DNA from: Eledone cirrhosa
Lineage: Eukaryota
DNA length: 64,000 nucleotides
Direction: 5' to 3'
Assembly (NCBI GenBank): GCA_964016885.1
Contig: OZ024743.1
Location: 117,180,001-117,244,000 of the forward strand
Positions 1-15,018 of the stretch are shown here, piece by piece; within the stretch, counting starts at the first letter, position 1; each line of letters begins with the position of its first letter. The position numbers and the translations under genes are program-made. The notes under the pieces are model-generated. The model ran no database searches, had not been told where the DNA came from, and saw only the letters and a program-made list of their open reading frames with translations.

Positions 1-529
1 TATGTATGTGTGTGAGTGTGTGTGTGGGGGGGGATGTGTGGCTGTGGGGGGGGGGGGTATGTATTAAAAGCAAGACAAGTTCTGAGTGAGAAAGAAACAC
101 ACGCATGTAACATGTATGCGGATACACATCCCCACAAACATGCAGACGGAACTGTATAGAGAGATAGATATATATATATGCAGAATAAATACATAGCTAT
201 TCAGAAAAAATATATATATAACTATACTCACTTTCATGAAAGAGAGGAAACGTTTATCGTTGCAGATTTTCTTGTGTTCCCACTTTGATAGGCTTGAGGG
301 AACACTGGCGCGCTGGCCTCTGGAACATGGTCGATTACATCGATTCTTGTACTTATTTTATTCCTGGATACTAGTGGTATGTATTCTATAGACTCTTGGA
401 GGAGGAAATGGAATTTGAAGATAATCTACATAAACGGTAGAAATATTCCAACACACACCATCAGTCGCTCACTCACATACATACACACACACACATACGC
501 GCACACACACACACATATTTTTATATGTA

Positions 530-574
<45 letters not shown>

Positions 575-1280
575 TGACCCCTGGATAAACACACACATAT
601 ATATGTATGAGAATGCATACACAATAGTTAAGTGTATATTATGTCTATAACAAGTTACTTCAAAATTTGGACTAACCTACAGAGCAGCTGCAATATTGTG
701 TGATTCGAAGTAGATTTCGGTGTTATTTTTGAACATGATCGTTCATTTTGGCCGGCATTTATTAATGTAATTCTCCAGATCAGCTTTGATACAGCTCACA
801 GATCTATGATCAAATAATTTCGATTAATAAAGATCCTGTTTTTCACTCAAACATAATATATCTGTATCTCACTATCGAATGCTTACTTCGGAAATGCGTG
901 ATTTAATGATGCTTTTTAACTGCTACTTCTTGCAGTTCCAGTGACTACGGAAAATCTCCTATTTGACTCGTCATCTTCAGTTAAAATCAAAAGGTTTTAT
1001 CATATATTTAATATATCTTTATTTGCATAAATTTCGGAGTTTAAAGTAAAATTACATCTTTTTCCTTTTTTTTTTCTTGGTGTTGGGCCGCGAGTAAATT
1101 ATACAAATGAATAAATTGCTGAGTTCTAGACATATTTATATACACACATGGATTGAATTTTAATTTTTTATTTAAATATGTAAATATATAAATATATTTA
1201 AATATGCACACATGTAATTCAGGTGTATCAAAACAATATAATAGTATATCATATCAAGTAAACATAATTTAAAGATTTAT

Positions 1281-1328
<48 letters not shown>

Positions 1329-1515
1329 GTACTTTCAATGGCCAACAGACTTCGAGTAACCCCAAACATACAAGTTTATTTATTTGCACCATTGTATCTT
1401 TCAACCTTTAACTTCTATGCTTTACAGATATATCATTTTTTATTTATTCTCACTTATTCATAGTTTATCTTTATTGTCTATCGCCTCAATGACCTCGAAA
1501 TACAGGACATTATTT

Positions 1516-1693
1516 TTGGCAGTATCGGTAGAGGGTCGGACGCCATGGTTTCCAGCATAGTTACGTCCCTTTACGATTTGAGTTCAAATCCCGCCGAGGT
1601 TGACTTTGCCTTTCATCCTTACGAGGTCGATAAAATAAAGTACCAGTAATGCACTGGGTAATTGCTGGCCTTGTGCCTAAAGTAGAAACAATT
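1516..1693 (+). mobile_element. tRNA-derived SINE (young octopus-type family), near full length
   Basis: A-box TGGCAGTATCGG, B-box GAGTTCAAATCC, core TTGACTTTGCCTTTCATCCTTACGnGGTCGATAAAATAAAGTACCAG, 3' end GCCTAAAGTAGAAACAATT; about 15 related copies in the window. Confidence 0.9.
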
Positions 1694-1817
1694 ATTTTTA
1701 CTACCCATCCTAAAACAACCAATAAAAACAAAGAAAAACTGACCAACCCAAATGAATGAGAACGGATATATAATATTTTAAAGGTGTATGCGAAGCATTT
1801 CATCATTTAGCAAACAG

Positions 1818-1904
1818 ATGTCTGATGAGCTTTTGATTCCAGATTCGGGTCCGATCGATAGAGATCGAACACGGAGTGAATCGCATCCGAATGCGCGTCA
1901 CACC
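1818..1904 (+). ncRNA. Degenerate hammerhead ribozyme motif
   Basis: gatgt-CTGATGA-g...c-GAAT-gcgcg-TC-acacc; GAAA mutated to GAAT, weak stem I. Confidence 0.4.
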
Positions 1905-2034
1905 CGATAATTTAACACCTCGTCCATATTTATTATTAGTATTTCACTCTACATAATACAACACCAAAGTACATAATGGAAACTACGCATCGATTGCTCA
2001 ATTTTGTGAACCAACAGTAACCTGACTTTACAAT

Positions 2035-3140
<1,106 letters not shown>

Positions 3141-3147
3141 AGAGAAA

Positions 3148-3249
3148 GGGCGGTGGATTGGCAGTATCGGTAGAGGGTCGGGCGCCATGCTTTCCAGCAT
3201 AGTTACGTCCCTTTACGATTTTAGTTCAAAGTCCGCCGAGGTTGACTTT
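3148..3249 (+). mobile_element. SINE 5' half (tRNA head only)
   Basis: GGGCGGTGGATTGGCAGTATCGG...GTTGACTTT then truncated. Confidence 0.85.
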
Positions 3250-3443
3250 CACATACATAAATCTCTCTCTCTATATATATATATATAAACCTTTTAGATT
3301 TTAATTATAGGAATTACACTTTACATTCTTCCAATAATTCGATGTATAACTCTCTCGAAACATGCGTGAGGAATTAAAAGAGATTAAAAACTAATTTTCC
3401 ACCCCTTTCTCGCTCTAACTCTCTCTCTCTCTATATATCTATA

Positions 3444-3480
<37 letters not shown>

Positions 3481-4283
3481 GTGAGGGGGATTCTTTGTTT
3501 TAGCTATACATAAACACGATTATTTACATATATATGAAGCATTGGATCTAGTAGAAAATGCGCTTTTGCTGCGAAATCTACAGCATCAACAGAACATATC
3601 ATTTCAAAACCTAATGCATACCGAGAGAACAACTAAGCATCTTAAAGTTACATAAACAGAGCCCTGATACGGATAGTAAAAGTGAACGAAATTACCCTAA
3701 GTCTCGGGATATTGTCTGAATGTTTACTAGAGAATGAAATACACTTAATGTCCTCAAGTTTCTTTAAATAGTTACTCAAATTTCTTTAAATAGTTACTAT
3801 TAAATTCATATCTCATGAATTAAATCCTACTCCACATAGTTGTGGAGCGAAAGCTTTAATCCCAATCCATTGTCTTTTCCCATTCTTGGCTACAAAAATA
3901 TTATAAAATCTATTTCAATATAAAAGTAAACCAATAATAAATTTCATAAAAGATGAATGATTTCAAAATTCTATTAAAAATCATTTTATTTTCGAAGCTC
4001 ATAAAATTACATTGCACGAGATATCATATATTCGTATTAATAATACATATATATATTGTAAACTATAAAGGGAAACATGACCTGTCCATATATATTGAAG
4101 AGAAATGATAGATCTTAAATGAAAAGTGATACCTCTTTCCTTATTTTCTTCATTTACTGTCGGTTCCGTGTGTTAATGTGTTTTTTTTTATAACTGCTCA
4201 ATATGTACTTGTACTTTACATTGGTTAATAAAGCCGAATAAATAAATATATAATCATTCTTTACGCAAAACATTAAATTTGAA

Positions 4284-4458
4284 TGGCAGTATCGGTAGAG
4301 TGTCAGACACCATGCTTTCCAGCATAGTTACGTCCCTTTACGATCTGAGTTCAAATCCCGCCGAGGTTGACTTTGCCTTTCATCCTTACGGGGTCGATAA
4401 AAAAGTACCAGTAATGCATTGGGTAATTGCTGGCCTTGTGCCTAAAGTTGAAACAATT
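4284..4458 (+). mobile_element. SINE with 13-bp target site duplication
   Basis: family consensus; ATTAAATTTGAAT at 4272-4284 and 4456-4468. Confidence 0.9.
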
Positions 4459-5628
4459 AAATTTGAATATCTCCATTTAATTAAGCGTACACATATTTAT
4501 CAAAATAAGAGAGTAACTCTCAATGTAATCTGTTCTGTAAATAATCTTTAAAAATAGAATACTGTTTAGAATATATTTTGTAGTTAGGTTAAGCAGATTT
4601 TCACTAAAGCTAGATCATGATTCACTGTGATTCCCTAATATAAAATATTCTTGTTGTACAGTAATGGCAACATATCACTAAAAATATCTACAAATGCTAG
4701 TATTTAACTAAGACGTTCTATGGTAGAGCACGGGTTTTATGTTTAATACTATATGATCTGCCTCACTGGGGATTACAAAAAATTGAAACGTTCTTTCCCA
4801 ATTATAAATGCTAAAACGTTTCAACTACTCCCTGGCAGAAATTGAGAGAAAATATTAGATGAATGAAATTATTCAATATGCTCTCTCCCTCTCTCTCTCT
4901 CTCCTTCTCTTTCTCTCTCTCTCCACACACACACACATAATGATTGGAAAGCCACACAATGTGTATAAAGGTTAAACACAGTGTTTTATTCAGACTAAAA
5001 AAGTATCATCAATGTATATAAAATCTTTTTTATACCTGGAATGTTTTAGCGTTATTTAGCTGTCTAAGTTTGGAAAAGTATAACATTTAGCAGAAGTCAT
5101 CCTAGAGGCTGTTAAGATTATCTCCAATGTGAGCCGTTTATAATTTGATGGGTAGAGACTGAAATGGTTTTAATGTTAATTAACGTTCGAACATGTCGAA
5201 CTTCGATCGTTAATAAAGGCTAAATAGTTCCACGTGAGAAAAAAAAACATAGGATTTCCTATGATTTCTAATAAAGCTTATGCTTTATCGAACTTCAAAA
5301 TATCATATATTCATACATAGAAGAAAGTCAAAACTTTTAGTATGACAACAAATAAAGCTTATGATTTTTCAAACATCCAATATTAGTCAAACCTAAAAAG
5401 TACCTGGCCTGAAAAAAACAAAAACAAAAGCAAACATATATATTCCCTGAAAACTTCACGCATAAAGCATTACGTTGAATTTCTATACGCATTGTTTGGC
5501 CTTCCAGTCATTCAAAATTATCATATCGACTCAATGCTTTGAAAAACCGCATCGAAACTCAATAATATGTATAATACACACACCCGCATACACACACCCG
5601 CATACACACACACATACACACACACACA

Positions 5629-5676
<48 letters not shown>

Positions 5677-5677
<1 letters not shown>

Positions 5678-5810
5678 AAGAATATTAATAAATGGAAAAT
5701 ATCTTTATAAAACCATATTTATTTTATTATACATATTTCAAGGGTACTAATATTTAAGTACGCTTTTGTCAGATAACATATAATATTTGGTGTTAAGATA
5801 CTGACATATC
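5677..5810 (-). mobile_element. TA-inserted hammerhead element, family W (diverged copy)
   Basis: minus strand tatgttat-CTGACAA-aagcgtac...gtaccctt-GAAA-tatgta-TA-ataaaata; homologous to the copies near 45343, 59351, 59897 and 60233. Confidence 0.7.
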
Positions 5811-5842
5811 ATCATGTGAACTTAATGGTATAGGTCCACTGA

Positions 5843-5897
<55 letters not shown>

Positions 5898-5900
5898 AAT

Positions 5901-6053
5901 GCTGCTGGGTTAGTTCGGATCTAGCTGGCGAAACGGCCGGAGCTCAGCTGTCGGGGTCCTGACTCTTTTCCTATTACCCACTCTACTAACCTAAGTATCG
6001 AGTACTCTGGTGCGTTATGGTCCACGTGGTTCCTTACCACACATTCTTTGTTG
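5901..6053. mobile_element. TA-inserted short element, family B copy 1
   Basis: shares CCTATTACCCACTCTACTACCCTAAGTATTGAGTACTTTGGTGCGTTATGGTCCA core with 8 other copies. Confidence 0.85.
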
Positions 6054-6086
6054 TATATATATATATACACAGACATACACATATAT

Positions 6087-6296
6087 AGTGGTAAAACACT
6101 GGAAGGCAATACCCGTAGTGGTAGAGCACTCAGTCCATGGGACGAGTTAGGTAGAAGTGGTAACACAACAGTTAGTTCACCATACCGAGAACAATTGCTT
6201 CATCTTAGCGGATCCTCAGCTCATAATGGCTGAGGATCCGCTAAGGTGAAACAATTGTTCTCGGTATGGTGAACTAACTGTTGCGAAACCACTTCT
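6087..6296. mobile_element. Foldback hammerhead element, family A
   Basis: inverted arms 6153-6220/6229-6296; CTGAGGA-tccgctaaggt-GAAA-caattg-TT-ctcgg; related to 12046-12372 and 51356-51404. Confidence 0.8.
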
Positions 6297-6299
6297 CCA

Positions 6300-6433
<134 letters not shown>

Positions 6434-6543
6434 GTATATATATATGAATGTATGTATACTATATTTGGCAATATACCGTATGTTTAATTAAAAATATTTA
6501 GACCATACGCTATCAGTTTTAAAGTAGTAACTATGTCACTTAC

Positions 6544-6630
6544 TTATTTTCGGCGAAAGAAGGAAAAGAGGCTGACAGTCTGTTTCACGCTGGTTGGCAT
6601 TCATTAGAACCACGCACTCCCCTTCTTCCG
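6544..6630 (-). CDS. Candidate coding exon (87 bp, phase 1-1)
   Basis: ttttcag acceptor, gtaagt donor, open frame EEGECVVLMNANQRETDCQPLFLLSPKI; no homology recognised. Confidence 0.3.
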
Positions 6631-7324
6631 CTGAAAATTATAGAAGCTGGATTCTTATAGAATTCCAGTAATTATTAGGAGCTGATTAACAATGGTTAAA
6701 TGATATAGTTTCTAATCCCAGTGATAAACATTGTTTGTTTTTTACTTCTCCTGACAACTGTATTTTATTAGTATATATTCTGTATCCTACCTAAGGCATT
6801 GTGTGTGTGTGTTTGGATTGATTGAAAAATATATAGACAGATAGCATTATTCAAATATATGACAAATTTTATATTAAATGTTCATACTCTTCATAAAGTC
6901 TCTATTCAATTAAACCTTTAAAAATCCATCCGATTAGAGGGACAACAACATGGTGTATCCTACCTCTTTTCTATAATGATTGGGACCTTTCTGGATGATT
7001 TGAGAAACAGATGGATTAGGAGATCTACATTACATTTCTTTTCATAAATGCGCTAAAACTTTACAGTTCATTCTAATGAACTTCTCTATACTCCTATATA
7101 GTATACTAACTTGTTATGGTAAGCAATTTGAGTGAAATATAATTGAAAATCGGATTCAAAGCATACTTTAGAATGGCATCAACGCTTGTGAAAAGAGAGA
7201 CGGTGTACATACTAAAAATCCACTATCTCAAGACTGAATGTACCCCATAATGTAATTTAGTACTTCACTTGTTATTTCTCAGATTAAATCTACAATATAG
7301 AGAACTAAGGATATACAAATTTAT

Positions 7325-7440
7325 AATTGTTTCTACTTTTGGCACAAAGCCAGCAATTACCCAGTACAATACTTTATTGTATCGATCCCGTAAGGATGAA
7401 AGACAAAATTAACCTCGGCATGATTTAAACTCAGTCCGTA
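7325..7440 (-). mobile_element. SINE 3' part
   Basis: reverse complement of family core and 3' end. Confidence 0.85.
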
Positions 7441-7483
7441 TAATGACCCTGTATATTTTAAAGTTTGATTGTTAGACATTTAC

Positions 7484-7660
7484 TCGTTATACTAGTGATT
7501 CCTTTTGTTAGAATCGTCGACAAAATACCTGCAACCCAGACCTTTGAAAAGAAACAGCACCTTGGGTAATATAGTCTTAAGTACACTGCGTCCATAAAAA
7601 ACGTTTTATGGTTATTCTTGAAACCCATTTGGTCATAAGACACCTCAATCATGAATGGAC
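7484..7660 (-). CDS. Candidate coding exon (177 bp, phase 1-1)
   Basis: ccccag acceptor, gtaaat donor, open frame GPFMIEVSYDQMGF...KGITSIT, phase compatible with 6544-6630. Confidence 0.25.
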
Positions 7661-8070
7661 CTGGGGATACACAAGAGTAAGTGTACTCACAATATTAATT
7701 GAAAAGAATATATACCAATCAAATCATACATACCACTGAAAAGGCCAACAGAAAAAAACACAAAATGAATAAATATAGTCACAAATATATGTATATGCAC
7801 TGTCAGTGTATGTTTTTCATTATGAGAAGGAAATTGACACGGAATTATACATTAAGATACGTAATTTTTTTTACTATTCCTACTACCATTATTTTACGAT
7901 TCGTTAGAAAATAAATATTATTATATCGTTTTCAACATAAAAATATGATATGAATATAAACAGATATGTATGTTGATATGTTTTCTTAAGTACCGTTGCA
8001 ACGGTATATGATATACTTCCCGCTTCTCATCCTCTCTCTCTCTCTCTCACTCTCACTCTCACTCTCTCTC

Positions 8071-8151
<81 letters not shown>

Positions 8152-8760
8152 TTATATTCACACACAAACATAAACACATACATATATATGAGTGAGTGAG
8201 TGTGTTTGTGTGTATATATGCACGCGTGGGTTTTGTATGTGTGAGTTTCTGTGTCCATAAAATAGATTAGATATAAGTATACTTGTTTGGGTTAAGTATC
8301 GCCAAAACATTTCTGAAAGCGCGGTTCTAAATAAATTCTTTATTTTTCTTCAATTAAAATTGAATTCATTGGTTTTAAACATAAAGATATTATCAAATAT
8401 CATAATAGAAAGAAGGAACGTGTGGTTACAAACTTCCCTCCACAACAACGTAGTTTGTGATTCCACTCAAATGCGGGACAAATTAACAAATGTTTTCTAT
8501 TATATACACTGTTTGCCCAAATCAATGAGCGTGAAATTTATAGTCTTAATCTAAAATGTATGGTTAACTCCTACACACAAACGCACACACACACGCACAC
8601 GCACACATTCACACACATTCACACGCACACACACATCACACACACAGACACACACACACATTTATATATATATATATATATATGAAATATAATGCCAAGA
8701 TCGCTATTTGGCAAGATAATAGCTAGACCGACTAAAATAAGATGTCTAAAATAAGATGAC

Positions 8761-8829
<69 letters not shown>

Positions 8830-8860
8830 TGCATATATATCTTTATATATGTATGCATAT

Positions 8861-8914
<54 letters not shown>

Positions 8915-8933
8915 AATATATATATAGATACAC

Positions 8934-9116
8934 TTGTTTCTACTGTAGGCACAAGGCCAGCAATTACCCAGTGCTTTACTGGTACTTTATTTTATCGACC
9001 CCGTAAGGATGAAAGACAAAGTCAACTTCGGCGGGATTTGAAATCAGATCGTAAAGGGACGTAACTATGCTGGAAAGCATGGCGTCCGACCCTCCAGCGA
9101 TACTGCTAATCCACCG
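8934..9116 (-). mobile_element. SINE full length
   Basis: family consensus, reverse complement. Confidence 0.9.
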
Positions 9117-9216
9117 TGCATATATTATATTATATATATATATATTATATTATATATATAGATATAATATAATATATATATATATAATATTATATATATA
9201 TATAATATAAATATAG

Positions 9217-9303
<87 letters not shown>

Positions 9304-9665
9304 TGTGTGTGTTCGTAGGTATGTGTGTGTTTATATATATATGCGTGTGTGTGTATGAATGTATGTATATATGTGTGTATATATGTATGTGTATATATAT
9401 ATGTATATGTATGTATATTTTGTCTGTAGATTATAAACATACAGATACATTAGCCCTAAATTTTTATATTTACATACACCTTTTCGACATGCGTATGCAT
9501 GTGAACATACATTTTTATGCATATCTGTGAACGAATTTACTTACATATATACACACACCTAACTGTATTTTCTTGATGAATGTTTATGTATTTCATTGGT
9601 CTATTTAACATCTGTTCCCAAACAGACCTGTAATTTTGAATTGTTGTTATTATCAATAAATATAC

Positions 9666-9808
9666 TTCATTATTTCTGAAGACAGCATATATATGTGAAG
9701 GTATGTATATTCTCCTTGATAGTTTGTATAATTTTGTACATAGATCTTTTGAATATGCATGCCAATTCTAACACATATATGTCCTAGAAACGATCGTTAA
9801 ATAATGAA
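9666..9808 (+). ncRNA. Type I hammerhead ribozyme with long stem II
   Basis: TTCATTATTT-CTGAAGA-[stem II agcatatatatgtg...cacatatatgtcct]-GAAA-cgatcg-TT-AAATAATGAA; perfect 10-bp stem I, palindromic stem III ACGATCGT. Confidence 0.75.
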
Positions 9809-9887
9809 CTTTTTTTGTTTAATATAAGGAACTGTTTCTTTGTTTTATTCATTATTGTTTTAATATTTTATATATATATATATATAT

Positions 9888-11301
9888 ATTCAAATTTGGC
9901 GGTCATTCGAGGTGAGAGAGAGCTACTGTACGGACATGATTTTTGACAGCGGTAAGAAATTTGTTTTCTCATATCAATGTTTAATGGGCTTCCACTGACG
10001 ATTTATAAGTGCCCACCTAAATATATTCTTACATGAATATATATTAGGCTTCTACATAAACTGGAAATATTCTCCCAAACTTGTAGAAAACTTATAATGA
10101 AACAATTGTTTGGAAAGAGAGATATTCTTTAACTTTAATTATATCTCATAAAATAATACAACTGGTTTTTCCACATTATACATATTGTTAGCACCCCAAA
10201 CACTTAAATTGGGTTTATATTTTAATAAAACCTAATGTTTGTTGAGTGAGATGGTTACCAGTCAGAGTTTAGCTTTAAACTATCTCTGTTATTGTATTAA
10301 ATATTTACTCTTGATTGGCCAGAGGTGTTTATTTCCAGGTACCTTATGAATTTGACTTTCCGTATTTATTTCTGTTGTGAAATATTGTGGCTTTTTTTGG
10401 TTGTAACTTCTCTGTTTTTTAGCCTAAGATAATATATATATATGCCTACGTATATAATTACACGCATATATGTATTTATTTTCATTTATTAATTGAGTTC
10501 TTTACACGAGGAATTGATATTGGTTTTGAAATAACTAATTAACCCGCGTGTGTTTTATATTTTACTCTTAATTCGGCCGGAGAATTATATTCCCATTTGC
10601 CCTTTATAGCATAACTTTCTGCATTTACTGCGGTTATGAGAAGCGGTTCTTATTCGGGTACAACTTCTGATTTAGCCTAAGAAAATATCTATATGCGTGT
10701 GTAATTTATACAAGCATATATTTATTTGTTTATTTTCAATTGAGTTCTTAAACACGTCGGATTGATAATATTTTCAAAAAAACTAATTAACCCGCGTGTA
10801 TATTATTTTTTTCCTCATTTCGTGGGTTGTCTCCCCTTCCCGCTTCGTGTCGCTATGATACTTCCTCAGTCAAAAACTGCTGGAATTTCAAATTTGGCGG
10901 TCATTCGAGGTGAGAGAGAGCTACTGTACGGACATGATTTTTGACAGCGGTAAGAAATTTGTTTTCTTATATTAATTTTTAATGGGCTTCCACTGACGAT
11001 TTATAAGTGCCCACCTAAATATATTCTTACATGAATATATATTAGGCTTCTACATAAACTGGAAATATTCTCCCAAACTTGTAGAAAACTTATAATGAAA
11101 CAATTGTTTGGAAAGAGAGATATACTTTAACTTTAATTATATCTCATAAAATAATACAACTGGTTTTTCCACATTATACATATTGTTAGCACCCCAAACA
11201 CTTAAATTGGGTTTATATTTTAATATAACCTAATGTTTGTTGAGTGAGATGGTTACCAGTCAGAGTTTAGCTTTAAACTATCTCTGTTATTGTATTAAAT
11301 A

Positions 11302-11303
<2 letters not shown>
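9888..11303. mobile_element. Non-coding element with about 415-bp direct terminal repeats (retrozyme/pLTR-like), in (TA)n
   Basis: 9888-10305 nearly identical to 10887-11303; each repeat has CTGACGA...GAAATATTC; (TA)n on both sides. Confidence 0.8.
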
Positions 11304-11397
<94 letters not shown>

Positions 11398-11520
11398 TTA
11401 GGGTAAATATTGATGCAATTCAATTCAAGCACTCAATGTATTTTTCCACATAGGAGTGACGGAGTAAATATCGAATAAGTAAAAGCAAAGTAGTTTCAGA
11501 TGTTCAAGTCCTTTAATAAT

Positions 11521-11698
11521 AATTGTTTCTACTTTAGGCACACGGCCAGCAATTACACAGTGCATTACTGGTACTTTATTTTATTGACCCCGTAAGGATG
11601 AACGGCAAAATCAACCTCGGCGGGATTTGAACAACGATCGTAAAGGGAGGTAACTATGCTGGAAAGCATGGCGTCCGACCCTCTACCGATACTACCAA
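11521..11698 (-). mobile_element. SINE
   Basis: family consensus. Confidence 0.9.
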
Positions 11699-11707
11699 AT
11701 AATAATG

Positions 11708-11780
11708 ATGTGATATATATTTCAATGACGACACTGGCCACACTGTTCTGTGTGCGAGTGTCGTGACTTCATCAGATAGC
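11708..11780 (-). ncRNA. Hammerhead ribozyme core (stem I degenerate)
   Basis: CTGATGA-agtcACGACACT...AGTGTCGTcatt-GAAA-tatata-TC. Confidence 0.6.
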
Positions 11781-12045
11781 TTGTTACATAATAAGATTAT
11801 GTTTCCGAGGCAAACCAAGTTGAATCGACATGGGAACGGACGAAGTGTGTGCTTTTGGGGTCTTCATCCGTTCCCCTGTGAGTACCAATTCACCCCCACC
11901 GGTCTGCGCAGGCGTATGTCCGAAGGAAGTTGACCATTATCTACCGCAGATTTCAACGAAATTCGCTTAGTCAGTTCACCCTCTCAGCCAAACAATGACC
12001 CATTTAGGCCTTTACCAGAGTTTACTGCTACCCATCATATATATA

Positions 12046-12372
12046 AAGGAAAAACAACTATACGAATATGCATGTGTAGAAACAGTCACTTTCCAAGGGG
12101 AGGTGACAGTTAGTGTGGAACTACTTCTACCAAACTCGTCCCTTAGATTATTCTATTATATATATCAGAAATAGAACGATCTATGGGACGAGTTTGGTAG
12201 AAGTAGTTCCACACTAACTGTTACCTCCCCTTGGGAAGTGACTGGTTCTGCACGTGCGTATTCGTACAGTTCCTTTTCTTTTTCCATACAACCTCATTTG
12301 AACCGAGCTGATGATCCGAATAAGGTGAAGCATTTGTTCTCAGTAATGGTGAAGCAACTATTGTGGAACTAC
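12046..12372. mobile_element. Foldback hammerhead element, family A
   Basis: inverted arms about 12046-12142/12185-12283; ccgag-CTGATGA-tccgaataaggt-GAAG-catttg-TT-ctcag at 12303-12343. Confidence 0.75.
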
Positions 12373-12394
12373 TTATATATATATATATATATAG

Positions 12395-12479
<85 letters not shown>

Positions 12480-12845
12480 TGTGTGTGTGTGTGTGTGCGT
12501 GTGCGCGTATGTGTGTGTGTGTCTGTCTGTGTGTATGTATGTATGTGTATTGATGTATGTATTTACATACATATAAGTCAGTCGCAAGACAGGAAGCTCA
12601 TCAGATCTATGTTTATCGCGACTTATTGAAAGGCAGTCAATCTATTATTAGGTTGACTCTTAACTACTGATACTCATTTTCAGCTGAGTGTGCTGGAGCA
12701 ATATGAAATAAATATTATTGCTGGACTCACTCTTTTACTGAAAGTAAATTCACTACTGGGAATTGTTTGTTGTTTTTTTTTATATATTTTGCTTTGAACT
12801 CGATGCGTAGGCTCTTGTGGCCAATAATATAATATTATTATTACT

Positions 12846-13031
12846 GGTGGATTGGCAGTATCGGTAGAGAATCGGACGCCATGCATTCCAGTATAGAGTT
12901 ATGTCCCTTTACGGACTGAGTTCAAATCCAGCCGAGGTTAACTTTGCCTTTCATCCTTAGACGGTCGATAAAATAAAGTACCAGTAATGTACTGGGTATT
13001 TGCTGACCTTGTGCCAAAGGTAGAAACAATT
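12846..13031 (+). mobile_element. SINE
   Basis: family consensus. Confidence 0.9.
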
Positions 13032-13255
13032 ATCACTATTACCAACAGCATTAGCATCATCGGCTTCCTCTCCATCATCATCATCAAATTACAGATCACT
13101 AATATTATTATGGAAATCGCGATCATGATGAGCAGTACGAACAGGGGCAAAAGGAACAGAAGTAATAGAAGCAGCAGCAAAATTATCATTTTTATTAATA
13201 TTATTACTTTGGTTCTAACGATTATTGTTCTAACACCATCAACTCTACACAAAAT

Positions 13256-13440
13256 AATTGTTTCTACATTTGGCACAAGGCCAGCAATTACCCAGTGTAT
13301 TACTGGTACTTTATTTTATCGACCCCGAAAGGATGAAAGGCAAAGTTAACCTCGGCGTGATTTGAACTCAGAATGGCAAGGACCGTAACTCTATGCGTCA
13401 AAGCATGGCGTCCAACCCTCTACCGATACTGCCAATCCTC
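13256..13440 (-). mobile_element. SINE (second head subfamily)
   Basis: head variant CTTTGACGCATAGAGTTACGGtCCTTGCCATTCTGAGTTC. Confidence 0.9.
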
Positions 13441-13805
13441 ATGCCGGAATTATCAGCGGGCAGGGCACATGCGCCGTAAATATATTTATGAAAGTTAGTC
13501 TAGTGAATCCACATGCTTGACAAGACTGGTCTGCCAGTGTTATTCCTATTTCCTTGAGATGACAAACTAACGAATATTGCTTGTCCAGAGACGCAGATGT
13601 CGTTTCTACTATTAATTCATCGCTGTTGCACAGTTTAACACTTATCTAATTCATTGATTTTAGATTTATCACAATGCAACCGAAACGAACAGGAGGATGT
13701 GACATTTTGAAATGCTTTCGTACATTTAATTCATAGATACTTCACAGTAGCAATTCTATTGTTCATATATACTTAAATACGTATATACGTCTCCTCTTTT
13801 ACTTC

Positions 13806-13810
<5 letters not shown>

Positions 13811-13884
<74 letters not shown>

Positions 13885-13910
13885 TCTCTCTCTCTCTCTC
13901 CATCTCTCTC

Positions 13911-13968
<58 letters not shown>
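13811..13968. repeat. (CT)n microsatellite
   Basis: direct reading. Confidence 0.95.
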
Positions 13969-13971
<3 letters not shown>

Positions 13972-14037
13972 ATCTATCAATCTATTTATGTATCTATCTA
14001 TATATATATATATCTCTCTCTCTCACTCTTTATACAC

Positions 14038-14162
<125 letters not shown>

Positions 14163-14291
14163 ACAGGGAGAAAGAGACGATTATGAGGTGGAAAAATATA
14201 TTTTTTTCCTTTTTTGTGTGTCTATATATATATATTGGGTTTGTAGGTGTGCGTGTATGCACGTACATATGATTATATGTATGAATAATTG

Positions 14292-14394
<103 letters not shown>

Positions 14395-14845
14395 CTATAG
14401 CATTGTACGCTTGTGTGTCTCCTAGTATGTATTTTTGTATTTGCTTCTGTTTCTGTGTGCATGTGTTAAGTCTTTATAAGTTATGGGTTAATAGAATAGA
14501 TATGTCAAATATCGAGCTAATTGGATAGACATTTACATATTACTCTCTTCACGTCTGCATTGAAATATAATCACATAACATGTGTATATATATATATGTG
14601 TATGTGTGTGTATATATGTGTATGTATCTTTGTGTATGTTTCTGTATATGTGTATGTGTGCATTAGTAACATCTGTTTGGGAGTTATGGAGGAATAGTAA
14701 AGACATGCTGTCAAATATCGAGCTAATCAGAAGGATATTTACATATACTTATTGCATTAAAGGCGATCAATTAATACAATAGTCTTTCTCTACTTTCTAT
14801 ATTTCGTACATTTATGTCATATGGAAGTACTCACTTTCATAAAAA

Positions 14846-14908
<63 letters not shown>

Positions 14909-14920
14909 TATATATATATA

Positions 14921-14973
<53 letters not shown>

Positions 14974-14974
14974 A

Positions 14975-15018
<44 letters not shown>

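Noticed and set aside
1516-1600. tRNA gene
   Set aside because: A and B boxes belong to the SINE head; no cloverleaf or terminator.
1561-1806. Recurrent peptides such as [14 protein letters not shown] and [16 protein letters not shown]
   Set aside because: Incidental translations of the SINE.
13440-13645. 68-codon open frame on the minus strand
   Set aside because: No start codon, poor acceptor and no recognisable motif.
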